From positions 39,112,802 to 39,159,097 of the forward strand of contig NC_068993.1 in NCBI RefSeq assembly GCF_001194135.2: a DNA stretch of 46,296 bases. Direction: 5' to 3'. The notes under the pieces were generated by a model, which was given only the letters and a program-made list of their open reading frames with translations, was not told where the DNA came from and did no database searches. Position numbers and translations under genes: made by a program. The DNA comes from Octopus bimaculoides. Taxonomy: Eukaryota. The stretch's first letter is position 1. Every line of letters starts with the position of its first letter. Below, in pieces: positions 23,413-35,624 of the stretch.

Positions 23413-24578
23413 GGCGTCGAGCTGGCAGAAACGTTAACACGCCGGGCGAAATGCTTAGCGGTATTTCGTCTATCTTTACGTTCTGAGTTCAAATTCCACC
23501 GAGGTCGACTTTGCCTTTCGGGGTCGATAAATTAAGTACCAGTTACGCACTGGGACCAATGTACTCGACTTAATCCCTTTGTCTGTCCTTGTTTGTTCTC
23601 TCTATGTTTAGCTTCTTGTGGGCAATAAAGAAGTAAGAAACGTTAGCACGCCGGGCGAAATGCTTAGCGGTATTTCGTCTGTCTTTACGTTCCAAGTTCA
23701 AATTCCGCCGAGGTCGACTTTGCCTTTNNNNNNNNNNNNNNNNNNNNNNNNNNNNNNNNNNNNNNNNNNNNNNNNNNNNNNNNNNNNNNNNNNNNNNNNN
23801 NNNNNNNNNNNNNNNNNNNNNNNNNNNNNNNNNNNNNNNNNNNNNNNNNNNNNNNNNNNNNNNNNNNNNNNNNNNNNNNNNNNNNNNNNNNNNNNNNNNN
23901 NNNNNNNNNNNNNNNNNNNNNNNNNNNNNNNNNNNNNNNNNNNNNNNNNNNNNNNNNNNNNNNNNNNNNNNNNNNNNNNNNNNNNNNNNNCACGCCGGGC
24001 GAAATGCTTAGCGGTATTTCGTCTATCTTTACGTTCTGAGTTCAAATTCCACCGAGGTCGACTTTGCCTTTCGGGGTCGATAAATTAAGTACCAGTTACG
24101 CACTGGGGTCGATATAATCGACTTAATCCGTTTGTCTGTCCTTGTTTGTCCCCTCTGTGTGTAGCTCCTTGTGGGCAGTAAAGAAATAGGTATTTCGTCT
24201 GTCTTTACGTTCCGAGTTCAAATTCCGCCGAGGTCAGCTTTGCCTTTAATCCTTTCGAGGTTGATAAATTAAGTACCAGTTGCGCACTGGGTCGACCTAA
24301 TCGACTGGCACCTCCCCCAAAATTTCAGGCCTTGTTCCTGGAGTAGAAAAGCTATTATTGTGGAAGGCGGCGAGCTGGCAGAGTTGTTAGCACGCTGGGC
24401 GAAATGCTTTGCGGCACTTCGCCTGTCTTTACATTCTGAGTTCAAATTCCGTCGAGGTTGACTTTGCCTTTCATCTTTTCAGGGTCGATAAAATAAGTAG
24501 CAATTGAACACTGGGGGTGATGTAATCGACTCAACACCTCCCCCCAAATTGTTACCATTCGGGCAAAATTTGAAACCA
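23413..24578 (+). mobile_element. Head-to-tail array of at least five family-A SINE units, with a gap
   Basis: Units start at 23413 (full head), about 23636 (truncated), 23991 (after gap), about 24190 (truncated) and about 24366 (full head, tail type 3). Confidence 0.9.
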
Positions 24579-26321
24579 TTAATATCGAGGAAGCGTGTTA
24601 CTGAGTGGTTAGGATATTTCCTCGCCTGTTTTGTTATTGAGTATGAGGTCTTCTTGTTTTCATGCTTTAAGATTATTATTATTATTATATTTGTTTCTCA
24701 TCATGTGAAGGTATGTTTTTTCTTCTCTCTAGGCAAAGTTTTGTTCTAGTATTACCAAATAGAATTTTAGTATTTGCAAAAAAGAAAAAAAAAAGACTAG
24801 TATTACCTAAGTAAAACCTGTCCTCAATACCGCGGGGTGTTGAATGTGAGATAAAACAAACAATTTATTTTACAAACTTATAAAATTTTATTTACACACT
24901 CTACATTTTCACACCCAAAACATTTATGCTAAACAAGTGAACGCTGCAATCAGAAAAACTTACAGAATAAAAAAAAAAAACACATATAAATATACAAAAG
25001 GAAGAGGAAAATTAACAGTTTAGTGAATAAGTAATAAAAAATATCTCAATCTCTCAAACAGGTAAAATGGGAAATAGCAACAGTGGTAACGATAACAGAA
25101 GTGGTGATTAATACAAGGGGTTAGATAGTATAATTCATTCAAAAGATAGTTGTGTTAATGCGAACCCTTCCTTCATAAAGAATTTTTAGAACTATTTCAG
25201 TTACAGACAAAAGAAATGAGTTTTGTAGACGTAACAAACCGAACGGAATTTCTTTGCCACAAGAGAGAAACAGGGAAAAATATTATACATTCCTGTATGG
25301 AAAATATGTAAGTGGACTAAATTTTTCCTAGCGTTAAATAATACAACAAGCTTTTCAATGTATATCGGGAGTAATTCTCATCAGTGAAAAAGACAAATAC
25401 TGTGACACTCTGCTGCACTCTCAACACTGAAAAGTCAGCCAGAACACAGGCTAAAAATTATTAAACATATCTTAGGCTATACGTCTGTACTCCAGTACAT
25501 GGGTCGAAGAATTACGAATCTGAAGGGAAAAGACATCATAATCAAAGTAGGTATGTGTCTACAAATTACTTTTGTATCATTGTATGAGCGAGAGGTCAAA
25601 GGAAGGTGATGCATAGTCAAAGTGCATCAAAGTGGATTTGAAAGTGCTAATGACTCCCAAAGAGCACAGAGTCATATCAGAACTGAGTCTAGGATTAATT
25701 ATGCAAAGCAGAAAGCTTAGTTGTTATATCTATTGTAGTAAGAATCACCTCTGGGTCGAATTCGTGGAAGAACTAAGCCAAAAGAGGGAAACAAAAATCA
25801 GTTAAATCACTAAAAAAACATACATAATTATAAAATAGGCAAATAAACCTAACGAACTCCAGTTTCCAGAGCCCTATCAGCCTTAAATTCTAGGGATGGC
25901 AAGAGTAAAACCTGTATGAAAAAGTGTCTCGAATCTTAATAGGACAAACCAGTAGTACCACTCCATCATCTTTTAGTAGGGAAGAAATAATAGTTGCAGA
26001 TGAAAATGTTTTGGTGGAAACATGAAAAGAAAACAGAAAAGACTCACTAAAAAAATAAAACTCAACATAAAGAAATGAAACCGGGAGAAAAGGGAAAATT
26101 TGTTCCAAATAACAACGATGCCCCCCAGTCCTAAAAAAAAATAACGACTAAAATGCAGAAGATGAATAATAACTAAAACTCATTGTCATTCAAATATCGA
26201 AGAAACAATTAATAGACAAAACTACGCATCTGCAGAGTCACAGACATTCAAAAGAAGTTAGAATGTCACAAAAACTGTTAGATTCAGAATATTGACAAAA
26301 TGCAAATAATAGATTGTTAGA

Positions 26322-27395
26322 TTTTCTCATCTATTACTCCTAAGTCTGCATTAAAAGCAATTCCATCTTCTATGGCATCAATTCATAAATGTAATGCCAA
26401 AAGAAAAAGAAAATAAAGAAAACGGGAAATTTGTATGAAAAATTTACAATAGTTTGTTAACGTGAATTGGCGTTGAAACTAAGATATTACATTGAACTTT
26501 GGTAAGCATACCTTGAAGATGGGTTTTTTTAACATCAAATGTCTTAGAAATCCTTACTGGTGCATTTGGCTACTTTCGTAACCAATTCAATAATTGATTG
26601 TCGTTTAGTGTTGTAGAGAGCCCAAACTCAATCTGTTCTCCCATTTTGAATCTCCTTTTAAATGTATATTTTATTATATTTTTTGGCTCTATGAAATCTC
26701 TATTTTTAAAAGCTTTATACATAATTTCTTTTCGAATTAGTAAATTTGCCTTTCACAATTCACATTTTACTTTTCTTTTTTTCTTTGCAACTCTTTGTAA
26801 AAGTTTCGTATTTTAGTGTCTCTGAGCCCTTGTAGATAATAAAGAAAAGATTGTGTGTCAATAACAGAAAGGTTTATTGCTGATTTTTCTCTCTAGTTTT
26901 GGTCAAACACAGACCACGGTTCAAAATGTTGCCAGTTATTTTGTGCATTTTACCAGCTGGATAATGCCGTTTGTGGTAAGTTACCAATTTTAGCGTTTGA
27001 GGAATTGTAAGTGACGATGTCTTTTAGCCAAAGTGCTCTAAATCCTACAAGCAATGAAAGGTAATTTTGAAATGCACCCGTAGATATTACTGAAATAAAC
27101 CAAGCGAGAAATCTACAACATAATGGAATTAAACTTACTTGATCATTGCTTTTAAGATTTCAGCATCCTGCTGACTAATCTGCACAAATTATAATGATTG
27201 TTCAACAATATTCTTATTAATTATTTACTCGGCAATTTTTTTCTCATTTATTCCTCCTAAGTCAGCATTAAAAACAGTTCCATGTTCTAAGCTATTAATT
27301 CATAAATTTAATGCAAAAAGAAAAGAAAAATTTTAGAAAAAGAAAACAGAAACTTGTATGAAAAATTTACTATAGTTTGTTAGTGTGAATTGGCG
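26322..27395. repeat. Pair of about 150-bp direct repeats (26322-26472 and 27239-27395), roughly 80% identical by eye
   Basis: TTTTCTCAT...CCTAAGTC.GCATTAAAA...ATTCATAAAT.TAATGC.AAAAGAAAA...TTGTATGAAAAATTTAC.ATAGTTTGTTA..GTGAATTGGCG present in both. Confidence 0.85.
26470..27140 (-). pseudogene. Decayed coding frame, possibly an L1/Tx1-type ORF2 C-terminal region
   Basis: About 220 codons with only 4 internal stops in very AT-rich DNA (...GFRALWLKDIV...TKIRNFYKELQRKK...YKAFKNRDFIEPKNIIKYTFKRRFKMGEQI...). The family assignment is a loose resemblance only. Confidence 0.35.
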
Positions 27396-27937
27396 ATAAT
27401 GATGTGAATGGAAATCTTCTGTGTTGAAGAAAACAAATAACTGTGAATAGAATTATTGAAGACAAATATCATTCTCACAGTTCAAAAATTTTGATATATT
27501 ATCACATTTTACACTTTGAAAAGGCAATAATAATAATAATAATGATAATAATAATAATGATGATAATAATGAGGATAATAAAATAGTAATTATAACTATG
27601 AAACAATTTTCAAAAAAATTGTTGTTAACGAATGAAGCATAAAGAAATAATAATAATAATAATAATAATAATGGTAGTTGTTATAAATACTTTTGGAGTG
27701 TTTTATATTTTTGTCGTGTTTGTTACTTTTTTTTCCTTCTGGTGACTTCTCTAAAAATTCCTTGAAAACTTTCCTTTAGTTTCGTCATTTTTCTTTCACA
27801 CAAAAGATCATATGAACACAATAACATATCTTGTGACATTGATTACAACTACATATACATACAGAATACATATAAACATATAGACACACACACACTCACA
27901 CACACATACATACGTACATACATGTATGCATACATAC

Positions 27938-27985
<48 letters not shown>

Positions 27986-28421
27986 GTGTGTGTGTGTGTA
28001 TAACGGGGAAAAAAACAACATTGAATAGCAAATCGGAGGATATAATACTGCAGGCTATAGATATTAATGGCTGTGTAAATGATAAAAGGTCACTTCTGGA
28101 AGCTTTAGGCAAAGTGATAAAATGAAATGAAAATTTAAAACAAAATTTTTTTTTGTTTTTTCTGGAAAAGGAAAAGAAATACAAAGCAGATCTGATCTGT
28201 TTTAGGAAATAAATGTCATCTTAGTTATACAAGTTTTCATTGCCCTACTTTAGAGTTTATTAAATAAACTCGTACAAGACTGTTTTCTAAGTTGATACCC
28301 TATGAAGGCTAAAGGGTGAATGGCTAACGCTTAATTGGATCAGTAGATGTGATGCTGGAATAACAACCTATAGATTTTGAGTTCTAAATCTACTGTAAGT
28401 CGTATACTGTGTTGCTGTCAG

Positions 28422-29016
28422 CTTTCTTTTCTTTTTTTTTTCTTCTTTTTACTTGCTGACCCTGGCAGAAGTGTCAGTGCCCTTGATGTTTGTTGACCCT
28501 TCAAGATCGGTAAGCTTACACTCATCTGAAACAAGTATGATGGGCGGTGAAGTGATGGTGCGCATGATCGCTGCAAGTCCTCCAAGACCGGCGAGGAACT
28601 TGATACTAATAATGGGAGCACACTACCTGCAAGAAAGACCTGAATAGGGAAAAGAGTCCAGAGGTATGAGGTTCTGGCGAAGAAGAATTAGGGATAGTGA
28701 TTAGCGCAGTGTCATGATGGGACAGTGGATGCAACAAGAATGATTAGAGGGTAAAAGATAGTACCCAGTGGTCATCGCAGTTCCTATGACCAGTGATTTC
28801 GATACCGTTAATATTCCGTTTAAGCTATTGCAGATCTACACCTGCTGGAAAGACATGAACAGGGAAGAGATTCCAGAAGGGTCAATATTCTGGGGAGGAA
28901 GGTGCTTATTTGGGTGACGCAGTCACGAGGTGGCTGGGCACAACGATAGTGATGAGAGATGGTGTGCGGGTCAGGGTTACGTGACCTGCCAATTTCGATA
29001 AACAGAGGCCATTGAT
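28422..29016 (-). mobile_element. 3' end of a CR1/L2/Jockey-group LINE with an A-rich tail
   Basis: Minus frames FLPRILTL / WN.LPVHVFPAGVDLQ*LKRNINGIEI match the F.PRT..LWNSLP..VF....L..FK C-terminal motif. A GC-richer 3' UTR ends in an A-rich tail at 28422-28452. Confidence 0.65.
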
Positions 29017-29070
29017 GTTGCTACTATAGTAGTAGTAGTAGTAGCAGCAGCAGCAGCAATAGTAGTGATA

Positions 29071-29293
29071 CAGGGTGTTCAAAAAGTCTTCCTGCAGTGA
29101 ATTTTTTCATCAAAACCTGTGTAAAAGGGGTCAACTTTATGTATTGAAAATGAAGGACGACACTTCCAACACCTCTTATAAAGTTTTTAAAAGTCTCGTA
29201 AAGTCTAATATATTCTTTTGTAGTCTTATACCATCTTATAAATATTTATTTTGCAATAAAATACTTACTGCAGAGAGATTTTTGAACACCCTG
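29071..29293. mobile_element. Tc1/mariner MITE (223 bp) inserted in a (TAG/CAG)n tract
   Basis: TA|CAGGGTGTTCAAAAAGTCTTCCTGCAGT ... ACTGCAGAGAGATTTTTGAACACCCTG|TA. Confidence 0.9.
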
Positions 29294-29367
29294 TAGTAGT
29301 AGCAGCAGCAGTAGTAGTAGTAGTAGTAGTAGTAGTAGCAGCAGCAGCAGAAGCAGTAGGAGTAGTG

Positions 29368-29500
29368 TGAGGGTGCATGGCCTAGTAGTAAGGATGTTAA
29401 GCTCACGATCGAGGAAGATCGTAAGTTCGATTCTTGAAACGGGTGGTGCGTTGAGTTCTTGACGAAAATCACTTCTCACGTTGATTTGCATGCGATCACT
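29368..29500 (+). mobile_element. tRNA-headed SINE, family-C-like, diverged
   Basis: GAGGGTGCATGGCCTAGTAGTAAGG A-box, GTTCGATTC B-box, GCGTTGAGTTCTTGACGAAAATCACTT. Confidence 0.6.
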
Positions 29501-29844
29501 TCGACATATGTCGTGTTGCAACACCGTTCCCTCTTCTACAGGAAATGGCGATTCATGGAGCGGCCTAACTAATGTGCAGCACAAACATTTGATCACACTA
29601 TGAACAGATCATCTGTGTCTGCTGTTAGCAAGAAATTGCAGCACCGTCTTTCCCAGACCCGAGAGACTACCATGTAGTAGTAGTAGTAATAGTAGTAGTA
29701 GTAGTTGAAGTCATATGTTTCTTTACTTGCTGAGGGTAGAAGAGGCAGAGCCTGTAACTTTTGCAACACACACCACGTGACCGACGAGCTTGAGGCTGTT
29801 GATTTTTTTTTTTTTTTTAAATGTCGCAGATCAGCACAATACTT

Positions 29845-30004
29845 GGAGAGGCGTAGCTGTGTGGCAAGAAATTTGTTTCCCAACCATATGGTTCCAGGTT
29901 TAGTCGCACTGTATGGCACCTTGGGCAGGAGACTTCTATAGCTTCGGGCCGACCAAAGCCTTGTGAGTGGATACGGTAGACGGAAACTGAAAGAAGCCCA
30001 TCTT

Positions 30005-30043
<39 letters not shown>

Positions 30044-30242
30044 NNNNNNNNNNNNNNNNNNNNNNNNNNNNNCCACACTGCTGGGCGGTTGGTTGATGTT
30101 AAGAAGGGCATCCAGCTGTAAATATCTTGCCAAACAGACACAGAAGTTTGGTGCAGGCTTTTTCCCGGCTGACTCTTGTCAAACCGTTCCACCCATACCA
30201 GCATGGAAGGGGGACGTTAAACGATGATAATGATGATATGTG

Positions 30243-30273
<31 letters not shown>

Positions 30274-30490
30274 ATGTATATATATATATTGTCTGTGTTT
30301 GTGTATGCTTGTCCCCACCACTACTTGGCAACCACTGTTGGTGTGTTTACGTCCCTGTGCATTAGCGGTTCAGCAAAAGGTACCAACAGAATTAGTACCA
30401 GGCTTAACAAAAGAAAGTACTGGTATTGTTCTAGGTGGTGCCCCAGCATAGCCGCAGTCTAATGACTGAAGCAAATAAAATTTAAAAGAT
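29845..30490 (+). mobile_element. SINE family B with a nested RTE 3' tail
   Basis: 5' half at 29845-30005 and 3' half at about 30290-30490 match family B. Confidence 0.85.
30073..30237 (+). mobile_element. RTE-type 3' UTR/tail fragment
   Basis: GAAGGGCATCCAGCTGTA...CAAACCGTTCCACCCATACCAGCATGGAAG..GGACGTTAAACGATGAT; same tail as the RTE at 32402-32975. Confidence 0.75.
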
Positions 30491-31228
30491 AACGATAAAG
30501 ATAAAGATAAAGAAAGGAATTAGCAGGGAGAAGATTCCAGAAAAACATTGTCCTGAAGAGGAAGGACTTGCTCTTTGGGTTAGTGTCAAGAACCTCATTT
30601 TGCTTCACTTACATTGCTAAACTAAACACTATACGGAAAGGCATGAATATCACAAGTATCATTATATCCTACTCATAAATATCATAAACCTTACGCTTAC
30701 AAAGAGGAAAAGAGAAACCCTTAAAAAAACTTCCCCTGGGTACTGTGACTGATTGCTGTGAAGAACGGATATGGCATTGGAATAATAATGTTATTGAAGA
30801 TATAGAATTGGGTGGAATATATGAAGATAAAAATGGTAACACAAGGATTTGGAAAGAAAGGCTATGTATGGTACTTAAGGGTAAGAAGAGAAGTAAGGAA
30901 AATGGTAAGAGGTTGGAGGGTGGGCACTATATGGAAAGAGTTGTTTAGATTAGAATTGGGATAAAATTAGCAAAAGGAGCAAATATAGTTGTGGTAATTA
31001 GTTAATGTACGTGTGTGTAGGTGTGTGTGTGTGCGTGTGCGTGCATGCATCCGTTGGTGCGTCTGTGGGCACACACGCATATAAAGGTACCTCCATATTT
31101 ATGACTGTGTACACGCACACATATACATACATAATACATATACATTTATATAAATGTACATGTATATATATGCATATATATATAAATATATATATACATA
31201 CAATCATATATATACATAGATATATATA

Positions 31229-31275
31229 TATCATCATCATCATCATTGTCATCATCTCCATTGTCACCATCATCG

Positions 31276-31322
<47 letters not shown>

Positions 31323-31450
31323 GTTCATCATTTTAATGTACACTTTCCACGTTTGCATAGGAAATTTGTTGATGTAGATATTCTACAACCAGCTGCTCTT
31401 TCAGGTGCCATCTCTAACTTGTTTCCAAGTAAGTTGCTATTTCCCTACCC
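31229..31450 (-). mobile_element. Old RTE-type tail with an expanded (CAT)n
   Basis: (CAT)n followed by TTTTAATGTACACTTTCCACGTTTGCATAGG, a degenerate form of the 32402 tail. Confidence 0.5.
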
Positions 31451-31593
31451 CCAGTTTTTACTTTTATTTATTTATATTTTTTTTTTCACACACAAGCAAT
31501 GTAATTATCCAATATGATTTTCACGGAAGACCGCAAAAAAGTGACATCGCTTTTATGATAGTGACATTTGTTAACAATAAGCATGTGACATCA

Positions 31594-31646
<53 letters not shown>

Positions 31647-32227
31647 CACGCGCGTGCATACATACAATGGTATGTTTGCGTGTGTCTATATGTGTGCAGT
31701 TTTTGTCTACCAAATCCGTTCAAAAAGTGCTGGTTGACTGGAGTTAAAGTAGAAAGTAGTTGTCCAAAGTGATGTACAGTGAAACTGAATTCCAAACCAA
31801 GTGGTGTTGAAATGAACTTCTCTACTACATATCCAATGCTTATTACGTATGTATGTATGTCTAGGTGTATATATGTGCGTGTGTATGCATATATAAGTGT
31901 TAAACATTTTTGGTATGCAGATTAGTTGGTGTGAAACTCTTGAATTTGTTGAGTATATAAGCAAATTGACTGCTTAATTCTCTTGAGTTGGTCAAATGTA
32001 GATACCTCTGATGAGAGCTCAATGAGGCTTGAACATCGATTAAGGCTGTTGATCATTTTTTTAAAGTTAAATTTGCCATGTTTGTATTTCTACCACGTAG
32101 ATTTACACACAACACACATACACACACACATAATGCTTTCACACAGGCGTTGGCTGGCTCAGACTATAGTAGATGACACTTGTCCAAGGTGCTGTGCATT
32201 GGGACTGAACCTGAAGCAACGTGTTAA

Positions 32228-32269
<42 letters not shown>

Positions 32270-32401
32270 ACACTCGCACACACACACACGCTTTATATAT
32301 ACCTGTATATCTATCTCTCTATATATGTTCACATGTATATATATATATATATGTATACATGCGTATATATGTATATACTTGTATACATATATGTGTATAC
32401 A

Positions 32402-32975
32402 CATCATCATCATCATTTAACGTCCATTGTCCATGCTGGCATGGGTTGGACGGTTTGACCAGAGCTGGTTAGCTGAAGAGCTGCGTCAGACTCCAATCTG
32501 ATTTGACATGATTTCTACAGTTGGATGTCCTTCCTATCGCCAACCATTTACAGAGTGTGGTGGGTGCTTTTACATGACACCGCACGGGCGTCATACGTGG
32601 CCCCACACTATTGCTTTTACGTGGATCTGCTTGGGCACTTTTATGTGGCACTGCATGAGTGCCGTTATGTGGCCTCAGCGCAAGATTCTTGCAGGTCAAC
32701 TCTCGCCACCAGGAGAACTGGTCTTAACATGATACAGGCTTTCTTGACTAAAGCAAGGCTCCACGTATCTCGGTCCTTTGTCATCATCACTGAAAGGTTC
32801 AGCGTTCTGAGATCGTACTTCACTACTTCATCCCATGTCTTCCTGGGTCTCCCACTTCCTTGTGTTCCATCTATTTCGAGAGATCAGCACTTCTTTATGC
32901 AGCTGTCGGCATCCATTCCGCATCCGTCCGCATCACATGACCAAATCAGCACGGTCTTCCCTCTTGCACACAGCA
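32402..32975 (-). mobile_element. 3' fragment of an RTE-clade LINE
   Basis: Minus frame FGHVMR..MDADSCIKKC*SLEIDGTQGSGRPRKTWDEVVKYDLRTLNLSVMMTKDRDTW is a typical RTE ORF end; the 3' UTR ends in (GAT)n. Confidence 0.9.
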
Positions 32976-33148
32976 ACAAATTCCTTGTATGAATGCGCGC
33001 GCGAGTGTGTGTGTGTCTATGTCCGTGTGTGTGTGTGCCTATGTATTTTCATATATACACACACACATAATATATGCATAAACATATGTATATGAAGATA
33101 TACATATACATATATTTGAATATATGTGTATATATGTGTGTGTGTGTG

Positions 33149-33184
<36 letters not shown>

Positions 33185-33924
33185 TACATGTACACATAAA
33201 TATATACGTGTGTACTATGTATGTATGTATATACGTATGTATGTATATACGTATGTATGTATTTACATCACTCGTAAAAAAAAAATAAAAAAAGGTGGGA
33301 ATGATCCCAGAGAGAATATTTTAGTAATATTGTTTATGTTAGTTGTTGAGTGTATTTCATGACAAGCAATACTAGGAGAGAAATACTGGCGCTTAAAGAT
33401 GAGTTCCCAGGGGGCAAAGTTAAAAAAAGACATTGCTAAGTTCACTGATTACCACCCTGAAAGGTGAGTCGTAAATAATGGCTATAGAATTCCAAATTTA
33501 CCCCGTCCATTCTCCACAGCATTTATTAATGCTATGCACACCCTATTTAGTAGAAAGAAGCTGTTATTTTACGTTTGTGGTCTAACCTATGAAATCATTC
33601 AGTAAAATTTATATTCAGTTCAAATTCTGTAATGAGATCCTTTTGTATAAGAAATATATGTTACAAATTACACAAACTAATAAGGGTACCTCTATGGGAT
33701 CACTTAATATAATAGAAATAGCAACCAAGTCTCTCTTAGATCACATCGTATTAGCTTTAACTTGCCTAATGAACATGTTGAATGTACAGGCGAACTCCAG
33801 TATTCCAGAGTAGCAATAGACAGACTCATCCAAAATATAAACCTTATTAAATATAAATGCCTACAATGGTATAGAATATTCTTTCTTCAACACTAGACAT
33901 GTATGTGGGTGTATGTACGTTTGG

Positions 33925-34356
33925 CTTTTTTCCTTGTTTTGGTTATTGGATTGCGGTCATGCTGGGGTACCACCTTTGAGGGTATGGGCGAGCAAATCAG
34001 CTCTGATACTAATTCTTTGTTTAAGCCCGGTACTTACTCTATTAGCCTCTTTTCTTGACGAACCACTAAGTCATAAGGATGCAAACAAACCAATACTGGA
34101 TATCAAGTGGTGGTGGGGAAAAAGTATACACATAAAGACACATACATACAGGCATATGCTGAACTTAGATATGTAGATATATACATATATATACATACAA
34201 TGGGCTTCATTCAGTTCCCATCTACCAAATCTACTCATAAGGCTTTGGTCGACCTGGAGCTATAGTAAAGGTCATTTGGCCAAGATGCTATGCAGTGGGA
34301 CTGAACTCAGACCCATGTGGTTCAGAAGCAAACTTCTTACCACACAGCTACACCTG
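33925..34356 (-). mobile_element. SINE family B, diverged
   Basis: Reverse complement of the family-B head, body and 3' half. Confidence 0.8.
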
Positions 34357-34461
34357 TGTGTGTGTGTGTGTTTATATATATATATATTGTACAAATATGC
34401 ATATATATTTATGTGTGAGTGTATGTGTTTGAGCCTGTGAGCTTGTGTGTGTGTGTGTGTA

Positions 34462-34830
34462 CAGGGTATGAAGGATATTTGAGGATGTTTAATTATTGTA
34501 TATTACTCTCTTTAAACCAATTAAAAGGTTTTTATTTCTTTTAGATCCCCTTCCCAACGGCAGATAAAATGCTAACACAAGAAATAAAAAGACATGTGTG
34601 GAACATAGCGATTTAAAAATTGCCTACTTTCTAAGTGCTGCAAGATTCTTTGCACACACAGTTTGGATGAAATTAGAAACCTCTGGTGGGAATGTTTCAA
34701 CTGTATCAATAAAGGAAAAAACATTTTGAAGATTTGGACGCTATATGGACACCACAATTCATCTAATGGGTTCAAACATTATCGATGAAAATCCAAGACA
34801 ATCAATCAGGGTCATTGTCAAAGTACTTCA
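34462..34830 (+). mobile_element. 5' fragment of the same maT/mariner family as 18513-19750
   Basis: TA|CAGGGTATGAAGGATATTTGAGG TIR; ...ATTATCGATGAAAATCCAAGACAATCAATCAGG encodes IIDENPRQSIR, matching IIDENPRRSTR. Confidence 0.8.
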
Positions 34831-35453
34831 GGTGTTGGAGTAGGCTAAGGTAAAGTAGAATAAAAAGATCTGACCAAAAATACAACAAACCAAAATACCT
34901 GAATGAGATTTGAACCGGTGGCCTTTATGAAAGTAGGTTGATAGGTGGTCACCAATATCTTACTCTACACAGCCATCTCACCTCTACAATCGACCTTAGT
35001 ACTAAGTGAATAAAGATAAGTTTCAAACACAGAGCTGTGGTTTATAATATTACACATCTGTTGTAAATCTGAAATTGTTTCGTAAGAAGCTTATTTAATC
35101 AACTGAGATTAACATGCTGTTATGTCGATGCACTAGCCAAGGAGAATATAAAGTGCCAAAGTTATTATGTTGTGTGCATATGCAAAAAGCTGTTATTTTG
35201 TTTCTATTCTTTTCTATTTGCATGAAACAAAATAAGCTTTTTTTTTTTGCTGTTTTTAATAATAGACTGTTTGAGGTCACAGATAACTGGAAAACTACAT
35301 GGATATTACTAAATTATACAGGCTGGTTTCCAATATTCAAACAATAACTGGAAGAAAAGTACATATATATATTTTTTTTACTGTGTGTAAGAGTTTGCAT
35401 GTTATTGATTTAGAATTTTTATATTTATGATTTGAAGGGCAGGGAATTGCCAA

Positions 35454-35496
<43 letters not shown>

Positions 35497-35581
35497 NNNN
35501 NNNNNNNNNNNNNNNNNNNNNNNNNNNNNNNACACACGCACGCACACGCACGCACACACGCACGCACACGCACGCACACAT

Positions 35582-35624
<43 letters not shown>

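Noticed and set aside
23413-24578. CRISPR-like or tRNA-gene cluster reading of the tandem array
   Set aside because: Units are about 200 bp SINEs with no unique spacers, and the tRNA-like heads do not form a complete cloverleaf with an acceptor stem that I can see.
25000-25700. Plus-strand gag/ORF1-like zinc knuckle near 25570-25620 and a 107-nt exon candidate at 25201-25307
   Set aside because: The knuckle needs several assumed indels, and the acceptor is weak; noted only as part of the unresolved 24.8-27.5 kb region.
30745-30948. 67-aa ORF
   Set aside because: Purine-rich low-complexity sequence with no recognisable domain on either strand.
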